Of a DNA stretch of 64,000 bases, positions 44,246 to 54,665 are shown in pieces. Each line of letters begins with the position of its first letter. Positions within the stretch are counted from its first letter, which is position 1. The position numbers were made by a program, and so were the translations under genes. The notes beneath the pieces were generated by a model that did no database searches, was not told the DNA's origin, and saw nothing but the letters and a program-made list of their open reading frames with translations. The stretch spans positions 4,989,414 through 5,053,413 of the forward strand of contig OZ271854.1 of assembly GCA_965601925.1 (NCBI GenBank), given 5' to 3'. The DNA is from Alkalispirochaeta sp. (GTDB lineage Bacteria; Spirochaetota; Spirochaetia; DSM-27196; Alkalispirochaetaceae).

Positions 44246-45734
44246 GGCGTAACGCCCCCTCGACCGTGTGCCACGGAGCATCACCGGCGGTTATCTCGGC
44301 GGGGTTCATCGACGTCGAGAGCTCTCCGCGCCATCGTCGGCCGAGGGGCAACGACAGACGCCCCGACGCCTCGGTGTCCCACGAGTCGTTCGCATCATCG
44401 CGGACGCTTCCCACGGCGCACGCCGCCCGGAGGCGACCGGGGCCGTTTGCTCGCCTGCGGCTCCAGGCTAACTCGGCGCGCGCGGAACGGCGACCGTCGG
44501 TCGAGACGCCGCTGCGTCCGGAAAACGAAAACGGACCCGCTTGGAAGCGTATGCGAGTGACGACGTCCGTCTCCGCGTCCGCATCACCTACCCCTTCGGC
44601 GGGCCACCGGCGACGTACCGTCAGTGCCGCCGAGCGTAGAAACCGCCGAGGAAACTCGACTGAAGTGACCGCCGTGCCTCGGTACTCCGCGGGGCCGACG
44701 CGTAAATCCTCCCAGGAGGTCCGCCGCGTGAGTTCACTCGACCAGCGCGCCCGCGCCGTCCTCGCTACGTCGAATCGTCCGGATATCGTCACGCCGGCCA
44801 TGCGCGCACGTCCAGGCGCGGTTCCGTCGGCACCGTAGAATCCGACGTCCGACCGGAGGACGCGCCCTTCTACACGTAACGAGGCGGCGCCGAATCGTAC
44901 TCGGGCTTGTGCGAATCGTCGAAGGGGCCGATAGTCGCCGCCCCGTTGCGCCCACACCTCCCCCGTGAACGACGGCGCCCACCACGCCTCTCCGACTCGG
45001 CCGTTTCGGCGCACGATCAGTCCCGCCGCGCGGAGCCGCCGCTGGCGGAGAGGAGGGGCCTCGAACAGCCATGAGTCGTCCTCTCCGGCGGCGACGCGGG
45101 CGTCGTATGCGGCGAAGGAGAGCGAACCGATCGGGGAGACCTCGCGGCCGACGGAGAGGCTACCGGAGTGCACCATGACCGCCTCCCCCTCCTCGGCGGA
45201 TCGAGTCTCGCGGAGATACACATAGGCGGGACGAATCGGCCAACTTCCCGGCGCAACGAACCCGCCGCCCGACCAGCGGCCGCCGTCGAGCGCAGCGTCG
45301 AGACGCACCTCGTCACGTTCCGAGAGCGCCCTCCACCGAACGCCGCCGGCGGCGGGGTCGAGGATACGGCGGAACACTCCCCGAGGCGTCACCGAGCCCA
45401 CCGTTATCGGACCGAGGGAGACACCGAGGCGGTGTCGCGTATCGGTAAACGGCGAACGCAGGGCGACATCGTGGCGTGTGTAGCCGGCAGGTGCCGGGCT
45501 GGTCTCGCGTACGACCAGGGTGCTTCCGACGATCCACAGCCAACGAGACGGGCCGACGTCGAGAAGCAGGCGCTGGGCCGCCTCGCCGTCGGTATCACTT
45601 TGAAGAAGGTACCGCACACCGAGTTCGATGCGCGACTCTCCGGGAACTACGCTCGTATGGGCCGGCAGAACGGACACGAAGATACCGGCCCATACGAGCG
45701 CCACTGCGATTGATCGGACGGTAGGGTACGGCAC
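44172..45734 (-). CDS. Hypothetical exported, beta-strand-rich protein (possible outer-membrane protein)
   Basis: Only long frame filling the mgtE-rarD gap; N-terminal signal-like segment; 3' end overlaps mgtE by 74 nt. Confidence 0.55.
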   Translation of the reverse strand: MPYPTVRSIAVALVWAGIFVSVLPAHTSVVPGESRIELGVRYLLQSDTDGEAAQRLLLDVGPSRWLWIVGSTLVVRETSPAPAGYTRHDVALRSPFTDTRHRLGVSLGPITVGSVTPRGVFRRILDPAAGGVRWRALSERDEVRLDAALDGGRWSGGGFVAPGSWPIRPAYVYLRETRSAEEGEAVMVHSGSLSVGREVSPIGSLSFAAYDARVAAGEDDSWLFEAPPLRQRRLRAAGLIVRRNGRVGEAWWAPSFTGEVWAQRGGDYRPLRRFAQARVRFGAASLRVEGRVLRSDVGFYGADGTAPGRARMAGVTISGRFDVARTARARWSSELTRRTSWEDLRVGPAEYRGTAVTSVEFPRRFLRSAALTVRRRWPAEGVGDADAETDVVTRIRFQAGPFSFSGRSGVSTDGRRSARAELAWSRRRANGPGRLRAACAVGSVRDDANDSWDTEASGRLSLPLGRRWRGELSTSMNPAEITAGDAPWHTVEGALRLIGRGSNARRESRSSAPRRLSPSP

Positions 45735-45816
45735 ACGGAGTGGTTACGGCTCCGTGCGGTATCGTGCCCCTCGGACGTGCTCGACGCTCGCCTGCGCCGG
45801 TATCAGCTGCGACGAA

Positions 45817-46707
45817 CTACCGAGAAACCACGCGGCGCGGACGGAGGGTGCTGATACTATAAAGGACCAGCCCTATCCAAACGAAGATGAAACCGGTCAG
45901 TCGCGCGGGCTCGAGGGTGTCGCCGAACACCGTAAGGGCTATCACCATCATTATCGTCGGTGCGATGTACTGGAGAAATCCCACGTCGGACAGCCGTATC
46001 CTCCGCGCCGCTACGCCGAACAGGAGCAGTGGGGCGACGGTGACGACCCCGCTTCCCAGGAGAAACAGCGTCGCACGCACGTCTCCGAGGGCGGGAACCG
46101 CCGTGCCCCTCACGACGCCCAAGACGATCGAACCGATTGCGAAGACTGCCAACGGCGTTAGCTCCACGGCGAGGCTGTGAATGGACGAGAGACTACTCCG
46201 CTTTTTGAGGAGTCCGTATACTCCGAAGGTGCACGCAAGCGTGAGGCTCACCCACGGGAAGACGCCGAGTCGTATCGTGAGAACGAGTACGCCCGTAGCG
46301 GCGGAGGCGACCGCGGCCCACTGCAACGCCGAAAGTCGCTCCTTGAGAAATATCATACCGAGAAGGACATTCACCAACGGGTTGATGTAGTAGCCGAGAC
46401 TGGCGTCGAGCGCGTATCCCGACAGAATCGCCCACACGTACACCAACCAGTTGGCCACCAAAAGGACGCCGCTGAGAATGAGCCAGCGTAACGTCACACC
46501 GTTCGGAACCATAGGAGCGGTTATCGCACCTCGCCGCCTCAAGGAGACGACAAGCACCCACGCGAGTGCGGTTCCCCACACTACGCGGTGAGTAATTACC
46601 TCCAAGGCCGGAACATGGGGAATCTGCGCCCAATAGAGGGGCAATACGCCCCATAAACAAAATGCTCCGACGGCGGCCGCGATACCGACCTTTCGTTCAC
46701 CGGACAT
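45817..46707 (-). CDS. rarD: EamA-family permease RarD
   Basis: LWGVLPLYW, HRVVW, NWLVYVWA, ASLGYYINPLVNVLLG, YGLLKK, GFLQYIAP. Confidence 0.94.
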   Translation of the reverse strand: MSGERKVGIAAAVGAFCLWGVLPLYWAQIPHVPALEVITHRVVWGTALAWVLVVSLRRRGAITAPMVPNGVTLRWLILSGVLLVANWLVYVWAILSGYALDASLGYYINPLVNVLLGMIFLKERLSALQWAAVASAATGVLVLTIRLGVFPWVSLTLACTFGVYGLLKKRSSLSSIHSLAVELTPLAVFAIGSIVLGVVRGTAVPALGDVRATLFLLGSGVVTVAPLLLFGVAARRIRLSDVGFLQYIAPTIMMVIALTVFGDTLEPARLTGFIFVWIGLVLYSISTLRPRRVVSR

Positions 46708-46819
46708 ACGCGATCTCGCGGACGAGTGCGGGGTCGGTGACGCAACACAACGGGCTGACCATTCCAGGACTATATCGATCCGCGCGCTCCGGATCAAATG
46801 GCCGCGGCGGTTTTGAAAC

Positions 46820-46849
46820 TTGACGTGCACATTTCGATTGCCGTATGCT
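46820..46849 (+). promoter_or_regulatory. Sigma70 promoter of tRNA-Gly
   Basis: TTGACG-N18-TATGCT, ending 9 nt upstream of the tRNA. Confidence 0.6.
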
Positions 46850-46858
46850 CGAATGCAC

Positions 46859-46929
46859 GCGGCGGTCGTATAACGGCATTACCCCAGCTTCCCAAGCTGG
46901 AGACGCGGGTTCGACTCCCGTCCGCCGCT
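46859..46929 (+). tRNA. tRNA-Gly (CCC)
   Basis: Acceptor GCGGCGG/CCGCCGC, anticodon arm CCAGC-TTCCCAA-GCTGG, T-arm GCGGG-TTCGACT-CCCGT, U discriminator; CCA not encoded. Confidence 0.96.
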
Positions 46930-47207
46930 ATCGTCTCCTTGTAATACAAAGGTTCGCTTTTTCACGTCGCGATCACTCGAGGAATATTTTGCACCCAACT
47001 CCGTATCGCAGCGTGCGTGCGAGGCGCCACAATCACGGACGGCGTTACCCGACGGATAGTCCCTACTCCGAACACGACCACGGAACCGATCGGGAGACGG
47101 GACCGGCTCAGTCTCCGGACACCGATGGTGGAAACCTTTTATCAAATGCATTGACGAGTGCGTTGCCTAAGGCGATTTTCAAAGCGAACAATGTTCGGGG
47201 AGGCGCG

Positions 47208-48083
47208 ATGCAGATCGACGAGGGCACAATCAAGACGGAGCGAGGATATCGAGCGTGGTACCGGCGTGTAGGCGACGGGGGAACCCCTCTCTTGCTCCTC
47301 CACGGCGGTCCGGGAGCCGGGCACGACTATTTAGAAACCCTTGAATCCCTGGCGCCGCAACGGTCGGTCGTCTTCTACGATCAGTTAGGGTGCGGTAAGT
47401 CCGATCAGCCGGACGATACGGCCCTCTGGCGAATCGAACGGTTCGTCTCCGAGATCGATACGGTCAGAAGCGCCTTGGGCCTGGAGAAGGTCCACCTCCT
47501 CGGACACTCCTGGGGCGGTTGGCTCGCCGTCGAGTATCTCCTGACTCGTCCCACCGGCGTCGTGAGTCTGGTCCTCGCAAGCACCTCCGCAAGCGTTGCC
47601 CAGTTTGTCGCTGAGGCGACGCGGCTTAAGTCGGAACTGCCGCCGGAGGTCTACCGCACGATGCAACGTTTCGAGGCGACGCGTGAATACGAGAACGCCG
47701 AGTACGAGACGGCGGTCGGTGAGTTCTACGGCCGTCACCTCTGCCGCCTGCCCGAATGGCCCGAGCCCCTGCAGCGGAGCCTTGCCAACTTGACGGGAAA
47801 TGCAGTGTACGAAACGATGAACGGTCCGAACGAGTTCACCGTCGTCGGTAACCTCAAGGATTGGGACCGATCGGAACGCCTCGGAGAGATCTCGGTACCG
47901 ACCCTCGTTACCGTCGGACGCTACGACGAGCTGACGCCCGCGTGCGCCGAGACGTTGCATCGCGGGATAGCGGATTCAAAGCTGGCGATCTTCGAAGACA
48001 GCGCTCACATGGCCCATCTCGAAGAAGAGGAGCGCTACCTATCGACTCTCGATGCCTTTCTCTCCGAAGTTGAGAACGCTTGA
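47208..48083 (+). CDS. Proline iminopeptidase / L-amino-acid amidase (alpha/beta hydrolase)
   Basis: LHGGPG, YDQLGCGKSD, GHSWGG, MNGPNEF, GRYDE, SAHMAH. GGAGG RBS. Confidence 0.93.
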   Translation: MQIDEGTIKTERGYRAWYRRVGDGGTPLLLLHGGPGAGHDYLETLESLAPQRSVVFYDQLGCGKSDQPDDTALWRIERFVSEIDTVRSALGLEKVHLLGHSWGGWLAVEYLLTRPTGVVSLVLASTSASVAQFVAEATRLKSELPPEVYRTMQRFEATREYENAEYETAVGEFYGRHLCRLPEWPEPLQRSLANLTGNAVYETMNGPNEFTVVGNLKDWDRSERLGEISVPTLVTVGRYDELTPACAETLHRGIADSKLAIFEDSAHMAHLEEEERYLSTLDAFLSEVENA

Positions 48084-48223
48084 GGCCCGTACCACCGTCG
48101 CGGCAAAACACTAAGGCCCGGATCTGCACGAAGCCTTAGAAGCAGAAGACGACCCCGAGCGGTGTCGTCGACGTGTAGGCAAAGTACGTGTCTCGAGCGC
48201 TCGAGTCGGACGATCGAGGGGTG

Positions 48224-48994
48224 TTACGGAGCAATGAGAACCTCCGGACCGCGGGCGCCGATCGCCCGAATCGTCGCCGGCGAGGCGTGATCGTCGGTAA
48301 TCAGCACGGCAACCTCGTCTAAGTTGCACACTCGCTTGAGAGACTCAACACCGAATTTGCTGGAGTCGACAAGGAGAACCAGGCGGCGTGCACACCCGAT
48401 CATGGAGCGTTTGACCTGGATCTCAAGCGGGCTGGGATCGGTAAGGCCCCGTTCAACGGTAAGCCCAGTGCCCGATAAGAAGAGTGTGTCCGCGGAGAAA
48501 TCGCGAAAGAACCGCTCCGCCTCGGGGCCGACGAAGGTCAACGACGGTTGTCGGAGAATTCCACCGCAGACCATCGCGGTGAGATCGCGTTCCGTCGCGG
48601 CCGCCGCGTTCAGGGTGTTGAGCCCGTTGGTCAACAGCGTGACGTTGTCGGCCTCAATATGCTTCACCATCTGCATCGCCGTGGTTCCACCCTCCAGGAG
48701 TATCACATCGCCGTCGTTGACGAATCTCGTCGCAGCCAGGCGCGCGATGCGGTCCTTGTCCTCCAGGTTGACCACCGATTTGGTATAAAATCCCGGCTCC
48801 GGTGATGGGCCGTCTCCGATCCGCGCGGCCCCGCCGTGAACTTTCCGCACTTTCCCCTGATGGTCGAGTTCCTTCAAGTCCCTCCACAGCGTCATCTTGG
48901 ATACGGGAATCACTTCCAAAAGATAGTCGATCGACACCGACCCGCGACGATTGACGTACGTCTCGATGAGCCGGCGTCTCTGTTCGGCAATCAT
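48224..48994 (-). CDS. DeoR/GlpR-family transcriptional regulator
   Basis: VSKMTLWRDLKEL..RKVHGGA, LEGGTT, TNG, GG.LR, DSSKF, LITD. Confidence 0.95.
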   Translation of the reverse strand: MIAEQRRRLIETYVNRRGSVSIDYLLEVIPVSKMTLWRDLKELDHQGKVRKVHGGAARIGDGPSPEPGFYTKSVVNLEDKDRIARLAATRFVNDGDVILLEGGTTAMQMVKHIEADNVTLLTNGLNTLNAAAATERDLTAMVCGGILRQPSLTFVGPEAERFFRDFSADTLFLSGTGLTVERGLTDPSPLEIQVKRSMIGCARRLVLLVDSSKFGVESLKRVCNLDEVAVLITDDHASPATIRAIGARGPEVLIAP

Positions 48995-49032
48995 GGACGT
49001 AGTGTATCCCAGGCGTCGCAACTATTGCAATA

Positions 49033-49106
49033 AAGATAACAAAAAATATCATGATATGATATTATCAGAAGAAAATATTGACGAAATGAAATAACGGACC
49101 TATCAT
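49033..49106 (+). promoter_or_regulatory. Divergent AT-rich control region with sigma70 promoter and short GA(T/A)A repeats (candidate DeoR operators)
   Basis: TTGACG (49078-83)-N17-TATCAT (49101-06); repeated GATAAC/TGATAT/TGAAAT units. Confidence 0.6.
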
Positions 49107-49158
49107 CGAACTCATACGCACGAGTCCGTCGACGATGGGCCGCTAAAGGAGGGTACAT

Positions 49159-50463
49159 ATGAGATCATTACGTTGGCTTCTGATCGGGCTTCTTTCCGCT
49201 GCAGTGGTGTTATCGGTATCGGCCGGTGGGCAGGGTGAGGCCGCGGCGGATGAGGCCTCTTTACTGTACTGGACACACAATCACGCCCCTTCGATTCCGG
49301 TAAACGAGGCTCTCATCGACGAGTTTCTCGCCGAGAATCCCGGCGTCGCGATCATCTTCGACAATGCACCCCACGAGAATTACGAACAACGCTTGATGAC
49401 GGCCTTTGCCGGCGGCCAAGGACCCGACATCTTCTGGGCCGGAGACTGGATGGTACCGCAATTCTTGCGGAACAACATGATCGCACCTGTGGACCCGACC
49501 GCGTTCGGCGTCGAGACCCAGGAGCAGTTCGAGGCACTCTTTGCTCCCGGTTCGTTGGAAGCGTTCAAACACGAGGGAATGATCTACACCGGCGGTGTAA
49601 GCGAGTACAACTCCTTCAGTCTGATCTATAACGTGACGCACTTCGAGGAGGCCGGTCTGGCACGGTTGTCGGAGACCGAACCGATCACGTGGGAGGAGTT
49701 GATCGAGATCGGTCGGGTGCTTTCACGGGAAGAAAACGGCGCGACGACGCGCGTCGGATTGACCTGGCCCTTCGCCGTACCGATATGGACCGTACTGATC
49801 GTCGAGCCGATGGTGCGACAGCTCGGCGGCGAGTTGGTCGACCCGGCCACCGGCGAGCCGCGGTTCGACTCTCCCGAGGTGATGCGCACGATGGAGGTCT
49901 TGCAGCGCATGCATGAAGAGCGCGTCATCGACACCGCATTCTATATCGATCTGCTGCAGGATTTCGCCGGTGGGCGCGCTTCGAGCATCATCGCCGGTCC
50001 GTGGGCTGCGCAACCCCTGCGGGAGATCAACCCCGATCTCGAATGGGCGGTCGCTCCGCTGCCGCAGTTCGACGCGGAGAGCGAACGGGTCACGACCCTG
50101 TACGCGTGGGCATGGTACGTCAACGCAAATATCCCGCCGGAACGGCAGGCGCTGGCGTGGCGATTCGTCGAGAAATTGACCTCGGCGCAGACCCGATGGT
50201 GGGATTCGGTCGGATACGTGCAAGCGCGGCTCGGCGAGACTACCGACGGCGTCTCCTTCGACGACTATCGCGCTCAGGGCGACCGGCGGCTCCAGGTCAT
50301 CTTCAACGACTATCCCTTCGGTCGCTATCAGTTTCGCTCGACTGCGTATTTCGAGCTCTCCGATCTTCTCACCCGGGCGGCGACGGTGATCCTCGCCGGC
50401 GGTGACATTCCCTCGATACTGGGCGAGACGCAGGAGGCGGCGTTGGAGGCGGTCGACTTTTAG
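49159..50463 (+). CDS. Carbohydrate (CUT1) ABC substrate-binding protein
   Basis: Signal peptide-AGGQGE; GPDIF, LIYN..FEEAGL, TWEEL, F..GRA...GPW, APLP. Confidence 0.92.
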   Translation: MRSLRWLLIGLLSAAVVLSVSAGGQGEAAADEASLLYWTHNHAPSIPVNEALIDEFLAENPGVAIIFDNAPHENYEQRLMTAFAGGQGPDIFWAGDWMVPQFLRNNMIAPVDPTAFGVETQEQFEALFAPGSLEAFKHEGMIYTGGVSEYNSFSLIYNVTHFEEAGLARLSETEPITWEELIEIGRVLSREENGATTRVGLTWPFAVPIWTVLIVEPMVRQLGGELVDPATGEPRFDSPEVMRTMEVLQRMHEERVIDTAFYIDLLQDFAGGRASSIIAGPWAAQPLREINPDLEWAVAPLPQFDAESERVTTLYAWAWYVNANIPPERQALAWRFVEKLTSAQTRWWDSVGYVQARLGETTDGVSFDDYRAQGDRRLQVIFNDYPFGRYQFRSTAYFELSDLLTRAATVILAGGDIPSILGETQEAALEAVDF

Positions 50464-50522
50464 ACCGTCGAGGGAGCGTATGAGAGCGTCGGAGTCCGGT
50501 GAGCGCCTACTGAGGAGCTATC

Positions 50523-51467
50523 ATGGATGCGATAGATAGATCATCCCGTTTTCGCTACGCATCAAGGGCGCGACGACCGGACCTCACCATCTACTTCCGC
50601 ACCTCGATGGCGGCCCGACGCGCCCGTGCCGGTTTGGCCATGGCGCTCCCGGCGGTGATCTTCTTCGCCGTCTTCTACATCTACACCCTCATGCAGACCT
50701 TTTCCATCAGTACGATGCGATGGGGACTGTTGGACACGCCGCAACCGGTGGGGGCGCAGAACTATCTCACTCTGTTTCGCGATGCGGCGTTTCTCAACTC
50801 CGTCCGCGTGACCTTTCTCTACGTCTTCGGTACCGTCGTGCCGATCTGGTTCGTCGCCCTCGCCTTCGCGTTGGTCTTTAATCGCAACTTCCGCCTGCGC
50901 GGCGCCTATCTCGCCGTCGTCTATTTACCGGCGGTGATATCCCTCACCGTATGGTCGATGATCTGGACGTTAATGTACCATCCGAGCTTCGGCGTGGTGG
51001 GCGCGCTCTTTCGAGTGCTCGGATTCGAGTACCAACGCTTTCTCCAAGATCCCGATTTGGCGCTTCCGTCGCTGGTGGTGTTGAGCGTGTGGAAGGGGAC
51101 GCCGGTGTACATGGTGATTCTCCTCTCGGGGCTACGCGGTATCCCCACCGACTATTACGAAGCGGCGACCGTCGACGGCGCAAACGCTCTGCAACAGTTT
51201 GTTCGCATCACGCTGCCGCTCTTGCGACCGGTCATGCTCTACGTCATGGTCGTCTCGATCATCGAAGGGTTCAAAGTCTTTACCCCGATGTACATCATGA
51301 CGCGCGGCGGTCCCGGCTCGGCGACACGGGTGCTCCCGATGTTCATCTTCGAGAACGGATTCCAATTTCTCAAAATGGGGTACGCGAGCGCCGCGTCGGT
51401 CGTCTTTTTCGCGATCCTTCTCGTCTTGAGCTACGTCCAGTTTCGCACCATGCGGTCCAATACGTGA
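50523..51467 (+). CDS. Carbohydrate ABC permease (MalF type)
   Basis: [50 protein letters not shown]. Confidence 0.94.
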   Translation: MDAIDRSSRFRYASRARRPDLTIYFRTSMAARRARAGLAMALPAVIFFAVFYIYTLMQTFSISTMRWGLLDTPQPVGAQNYLTLFRDAAFLNSVRVTFLYVFGTVVPIWFVALAFALVFNRNFRLRGAYLAVVYLPAVISLTVWSMIWTLMYHPSFGVVGALFRVLGFEYQRFLQDPDLALPSLVVLSVWKGTPVYMVILLSGLRGIPTDYYEAATVDGANALQQFVRITLPLLRPVMLYVMVVSIIEGFKVFTPMYIMTRGGPGSATRVLPMFIFENGFQFLKMGYASAASVVFFAILLVLSYVQFRTMRSNT

Positions 51468-51481
51468 GAGAGGACGAAGAT

Positions 51482-52321
51482 ATGCGTGAAACACATGCAC
51501 GAAAAAAAGTCATCGTCCGGACGCTTTTCTACACGACGTTGACGGTCGTGGTAGTCGTCGTATCGATCCCGTCGTTGTGGATGATCGGCGCCTCCTTCAT
51601 GACGGCCGCCGAGCTCTTCTCACCCGAGGTAACGTTCATTCCCGCTCGGCTCCGCGTGGAAAACTACGTTACCGTATTCGCCGAGTTCAACTTCGACCGC
51701 TACCTGATGAACAGCGTCATCGTCACCGGCTCGATCATTCTCTTGAACCTCCTCTTTTGCCCTCTGGTCGGCTACAGCCTGGCGAAGTTTCAGTTTCCCG
51801 GGCGCGATCTGTTGTTCCTCTTCATTATGGCGACGGTAATGGTCCCCTTTGCCGCGATCCTCATTCCCCTGTACCTCGTCGTGCGCGATCTCGGCTGGAT
51901 CAACACGTACCAGGCGATGATCGTCCCCTTCGGGATGACGGCGATCGGGATCTTTCTGATGCGCCAGTTCGCCTATAGCATTCCCGACGAGTACATCGCG
52001 GCGGCGCGCATCGACGGGACGAGCGAGTTGGGGATCTATGCGCGCATCGTCCTACCCTTGATGCGGCCCGCACTGATCACTCTGGCGATTATCACCTTCA
52101 TCCTCGTGTGGGATGAGCTCTTGTGGGTCCTGGTCGTCACCACGACCGACCAACTGCGGACCCTTCCGATCGGCCTGGCGAAGTTTCGCGAGGCGTATCA
52201 GACGCGGTGGGAGTTGATCATGGCGGGATCGGTGGTCGCCGCGGCGCCGGCGGTGGCGCTGTTCATCGCCCTCCAGCGCCGCTTCTTAGAGGGCATCGCA
52301 AGTCTTTCGGGTGTGAAGTAG
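51482..52321 (+). CDS. Carbohydrate ABC permease (MalG type)
   Basis: ENY, NS, GYSLAKFQFPGR, IFLMRQF..IPDE..AARIDG, TLPIGL, QRRF.EGI..SGVK. Confidence 0.94.
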   Translation: MRETHARKKVIVRTLFYTTLTVVVVVVSIPSLWMIGASFMTAAELFSPEVTFIPARLRVENYVTVFAEFNFDRYLMNSVIVTGSIILLNLLFCPLVGYSLAKFQFPGRDLLFLFIMATVMVPFAAILIPLYLVVRDLGWINTYQAMIVPFGMTAIGIFLMRQFAYSIPDEYIAAARIDGTSELGIYARIVLPLMRPALITLAIITFILVWDELLWVLVVTTTDQLRTLPIGLAKFREAYQTRWELIMAGSVVAAAPAVALFIALQRRFLEGIASLSGVK

Positions 52322-52341
52322 GGCCGCGGGAGGTATCGAGT

Positions 52342-54525
52342 ATGCGACGATTTTCGTTGAACGGCGTATGGCACTACACTCCGAAGGCGCATCAGATCCT
52401 CACGGAGGGCGGGACCATTAAGGAGACGACCGACGCCCTCCCCGCCGGTGGAACGATGGTTATCCCGACAAACTGGCAGTTGGGCGGCCTCGACAACTTC
52501 CACGGCCGCGTACGATTTGAGCGGACGTTCTCATTCGATACGCCGGAGCCCGGGCAGGCGCGGGTGTGGTTGGTCTTCCGCGGCGTCGACTATTTCGCGC
52601 GGGTGCACCTCAACGACGTCGAGGTCGGCTCCCACGCCGGCTACTTTCAACCGTTCCGCCTTGAGGTGACCGAGTTGATCCGCGTCGGCGAGAACCGACT
52701 GGTCGTCGAGGTGAGCTGTCCCAAGGAAGAGCCGGGACCGGTCTGGCCGGATCGCAAGATTATGCTCAAGGGCATTCTCAGCCATTGGGACTGTCGCCCC
52801 GGAAGCTGGGATGGGGAGACGGGTCAAGACATGAACAGCGGCGGAATTTGGAACGACGTCTCCCTCGAAACGCAGTCGGTCGCCGCGATCCAACACGTTC
52901 GCGTGCAGACGCGCCTGGTTCCCGGCGGCGTGCCGGACACCTTTGCCGTAACCGACGATCTGATCGCCGACGAATCGGCCCGGGAGGCCGTCGTAACCGC
53001 GACGGTGGAGATCGCGGGGCCCGCCGGCGCCTACCGCGTACGGGTAACGGTCGGGGACGAGGAACCGGTCGAGATCGAGGTGCAGCAGCGCCGCGCCCTG
53101 GAGGTCGGTACCGTCATCGTGCGGATCTCACAACCCAGGCTCTGGTGGACGTGGGATGTGGGCGAGCCCCATTTGGAGCGCTGCACCGTCGAGCTCCTGG
53201 AAGGAGAGACGCTCATCGACCGTTGGGCGCACGATATCGGCCTCCGGGAGATCGCCGTCGATCCGGAGACGGGCATCTACCGACTTAACGGGCGGCGTCT
53301 CTTTGTGCGCGGCACCAACGTCGTCCCGACTCTCTGGTTGAGCGAGTACGACGAGGCGATGATCCGCCGCGACATCGAGCTGTTACGCGCGGCGCACATT
53401 AACGGCGTGCGCGTCTGCGTGCACGTCAATCGGACGGAGTTTTACGCCGCGTGCGACCGCGCCGGTATGCTCGTCTGGCAGGATTTTGCGATGCAGTGGG
53501 GATACGCCCCGACGCGCTCGGTGGAGCTTGAAGCGGCGCGCCAGATACGCGATATGGTCCGCCTGTTGGTCAACCACGCCTGTATCGCCCTGTGGGTCTG
53601 CCAAAACGAATCGTCGTTTCACAACAAGTTCGTTCTCGATCCGGTGCTCGCCGATATTGTAGCCGCCGAGGATCCTTCACGTTATGTGCGGCCGACCTCG
53701 ACCTTCGGCGAGCATACGTACATGGGCTGGTACTACGGCGACTACCACGAGTATGCCGCGTTGCCGGGTACGCCGCTGTTGAGCGAGTTCGGCGCCCAGG
53801 CGCTCCCCGACGCCGAGAGTGTACGCCGGATGGTCGGTGACGCGTTTCCTCCCGATTGGGGACGGTTGGGGTACCACGATTTTCAGTATCACGAGACGAT
53901 CAACCAGGCGGGGGTCGCCGTCGGCCGGAGTCTGGAAGAGTTCGTCGACAACTCGCAACGCTACCAGGCGCGAGTACTGAAGTTCGCCGTCGAGCGGTAT
54001 CGCACGGCAAAGTATCGCACCCTCGGGGGTATGTATCAGTTCATGTTCGTCGACTGTTGGAACGCGGTTACGTGGGCGGTCGTCGGGTACGACCGCACGC
54101 CCAAGCGAGGGTACGCCGTTCTGCAGCAGGTCTATCAACCGGTCTTGATCGGCGTGCACGGCCTCGAGACGCCCTTGTCCGGCGGCAGTCGGTGGTCCCA
54201 CGCACGCCCCCTCACCTTCCGGCCGTGGGTCGTCAACGACCACCACCGGGAGTATCGCGACTGCACGTACCACGCAGAGGTTGCGGGAGCGGATGTGCGC
54301 GTTCGGATCGATGTCGAGGGGCGATTCGACGTTCCCGCCGACGGCGTGATGGAGGCGGCGCCACGCCTTACGTGGCCCATCCCCGAGGATATTGCCCCGG
54401 AAACGTACACGCTGACCCTGCGGTTGGTGTGTGACGGCGAGGCGATCAGCGAGAACAGCTACGAGATAGCGGTCGCGGCGGTACCGCACCGCGATGACGG
54501 CGATCCGTCGGCGGCATTGCAGTAG
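52342..54525 (+). CDS. Cytoplasmic GH2 glycoside hydrolase, beta-mannosidase-like
   Basis: SLNGVW, FRGVDY, HAGYFQPF, GGIW, PRLWW, RGTN, CDRAGMLVWQDF, WVCQNE (acid/base), SEFG (nucleophile). Confidence 0.9.
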   Translation: MRRFSLNGVWHYTPKAHQILTEGGTIKETTDALPAGGTMVIPTNWQLGGLDNFHGRVRFERTFSFDTPEPGQARVWLVFRGVDYFARVHLNDVEVGSHAGYFQPFRLEVTELIRVGENRLVVEVSCPKEEPGPVWPDRKIMLKGILSHWDCRPGSWDGETGQDMNSGGIWNDVSLETQSVAAIQHVRVQTRLVPGGVPDTFAVTDDLIADESAREAVVTATVEIAGPAGAYRVRVTVGDEEPVEIEVQQRRALEVGTVIVRISQPRLWWTWDVGEPHLERCTVELLEGETLIDRWAHDIGLREIAVDPETGIYRLNGRRLFVRGTNVVPTLWLSEYDEAMIRRDIELLRAAHINGVRVCVHVNRTEFYAACDRAGMLVWQDFAMQWGYAPTRSVELEAARQIRDMVRLLVNHACIALWVCQNESSFHNKFVLDPVLADIVAAEDPSRYVRPTSTFGEHTYMGWYYGDYHEYAALPGTPLLSEFGAQALPDAESVRRMVGDAFPPDWGRLGYHDFQYHETINQAGVAVGRSLEEFVDNSQRYQARVLKFAVERYRTAKYRTLGGMYQFMFVDCWNAVTWAVVGYDRTPKRGYAVLQQVYQPVLIGVHGLETPLSGGSRWSHARPLTFRPWVVNDHHREYRDCTYHAEVAGADVRVRIDVEGRFDVPADGVMEAAPRLTWPIPEDIAPETYTLTLRLVCDGEAISENSYEIAVAAVPHRDDGDPSAALQ

Positions 54526-54665
54526 CGCGTATGGGAGATCTTCGGTCGTCGGAGAAGAAGTAGCGCGATCGGACGACAGGCGGTCGATTGAGAGCGGTAG
54601 CGCTGCGCGGCCTCCGGCCAACGGCGAAAATACGGCCGTCGCCGCACACACAGTGGAGGAGAGAG

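Noticed and set aside
46845..47207. N-terminal extension of the proline iminopeptidase ORF
   Set aside because: It reads through tRNA-Gly and its trailer. The RBS and family homology begin at ATG 47208.
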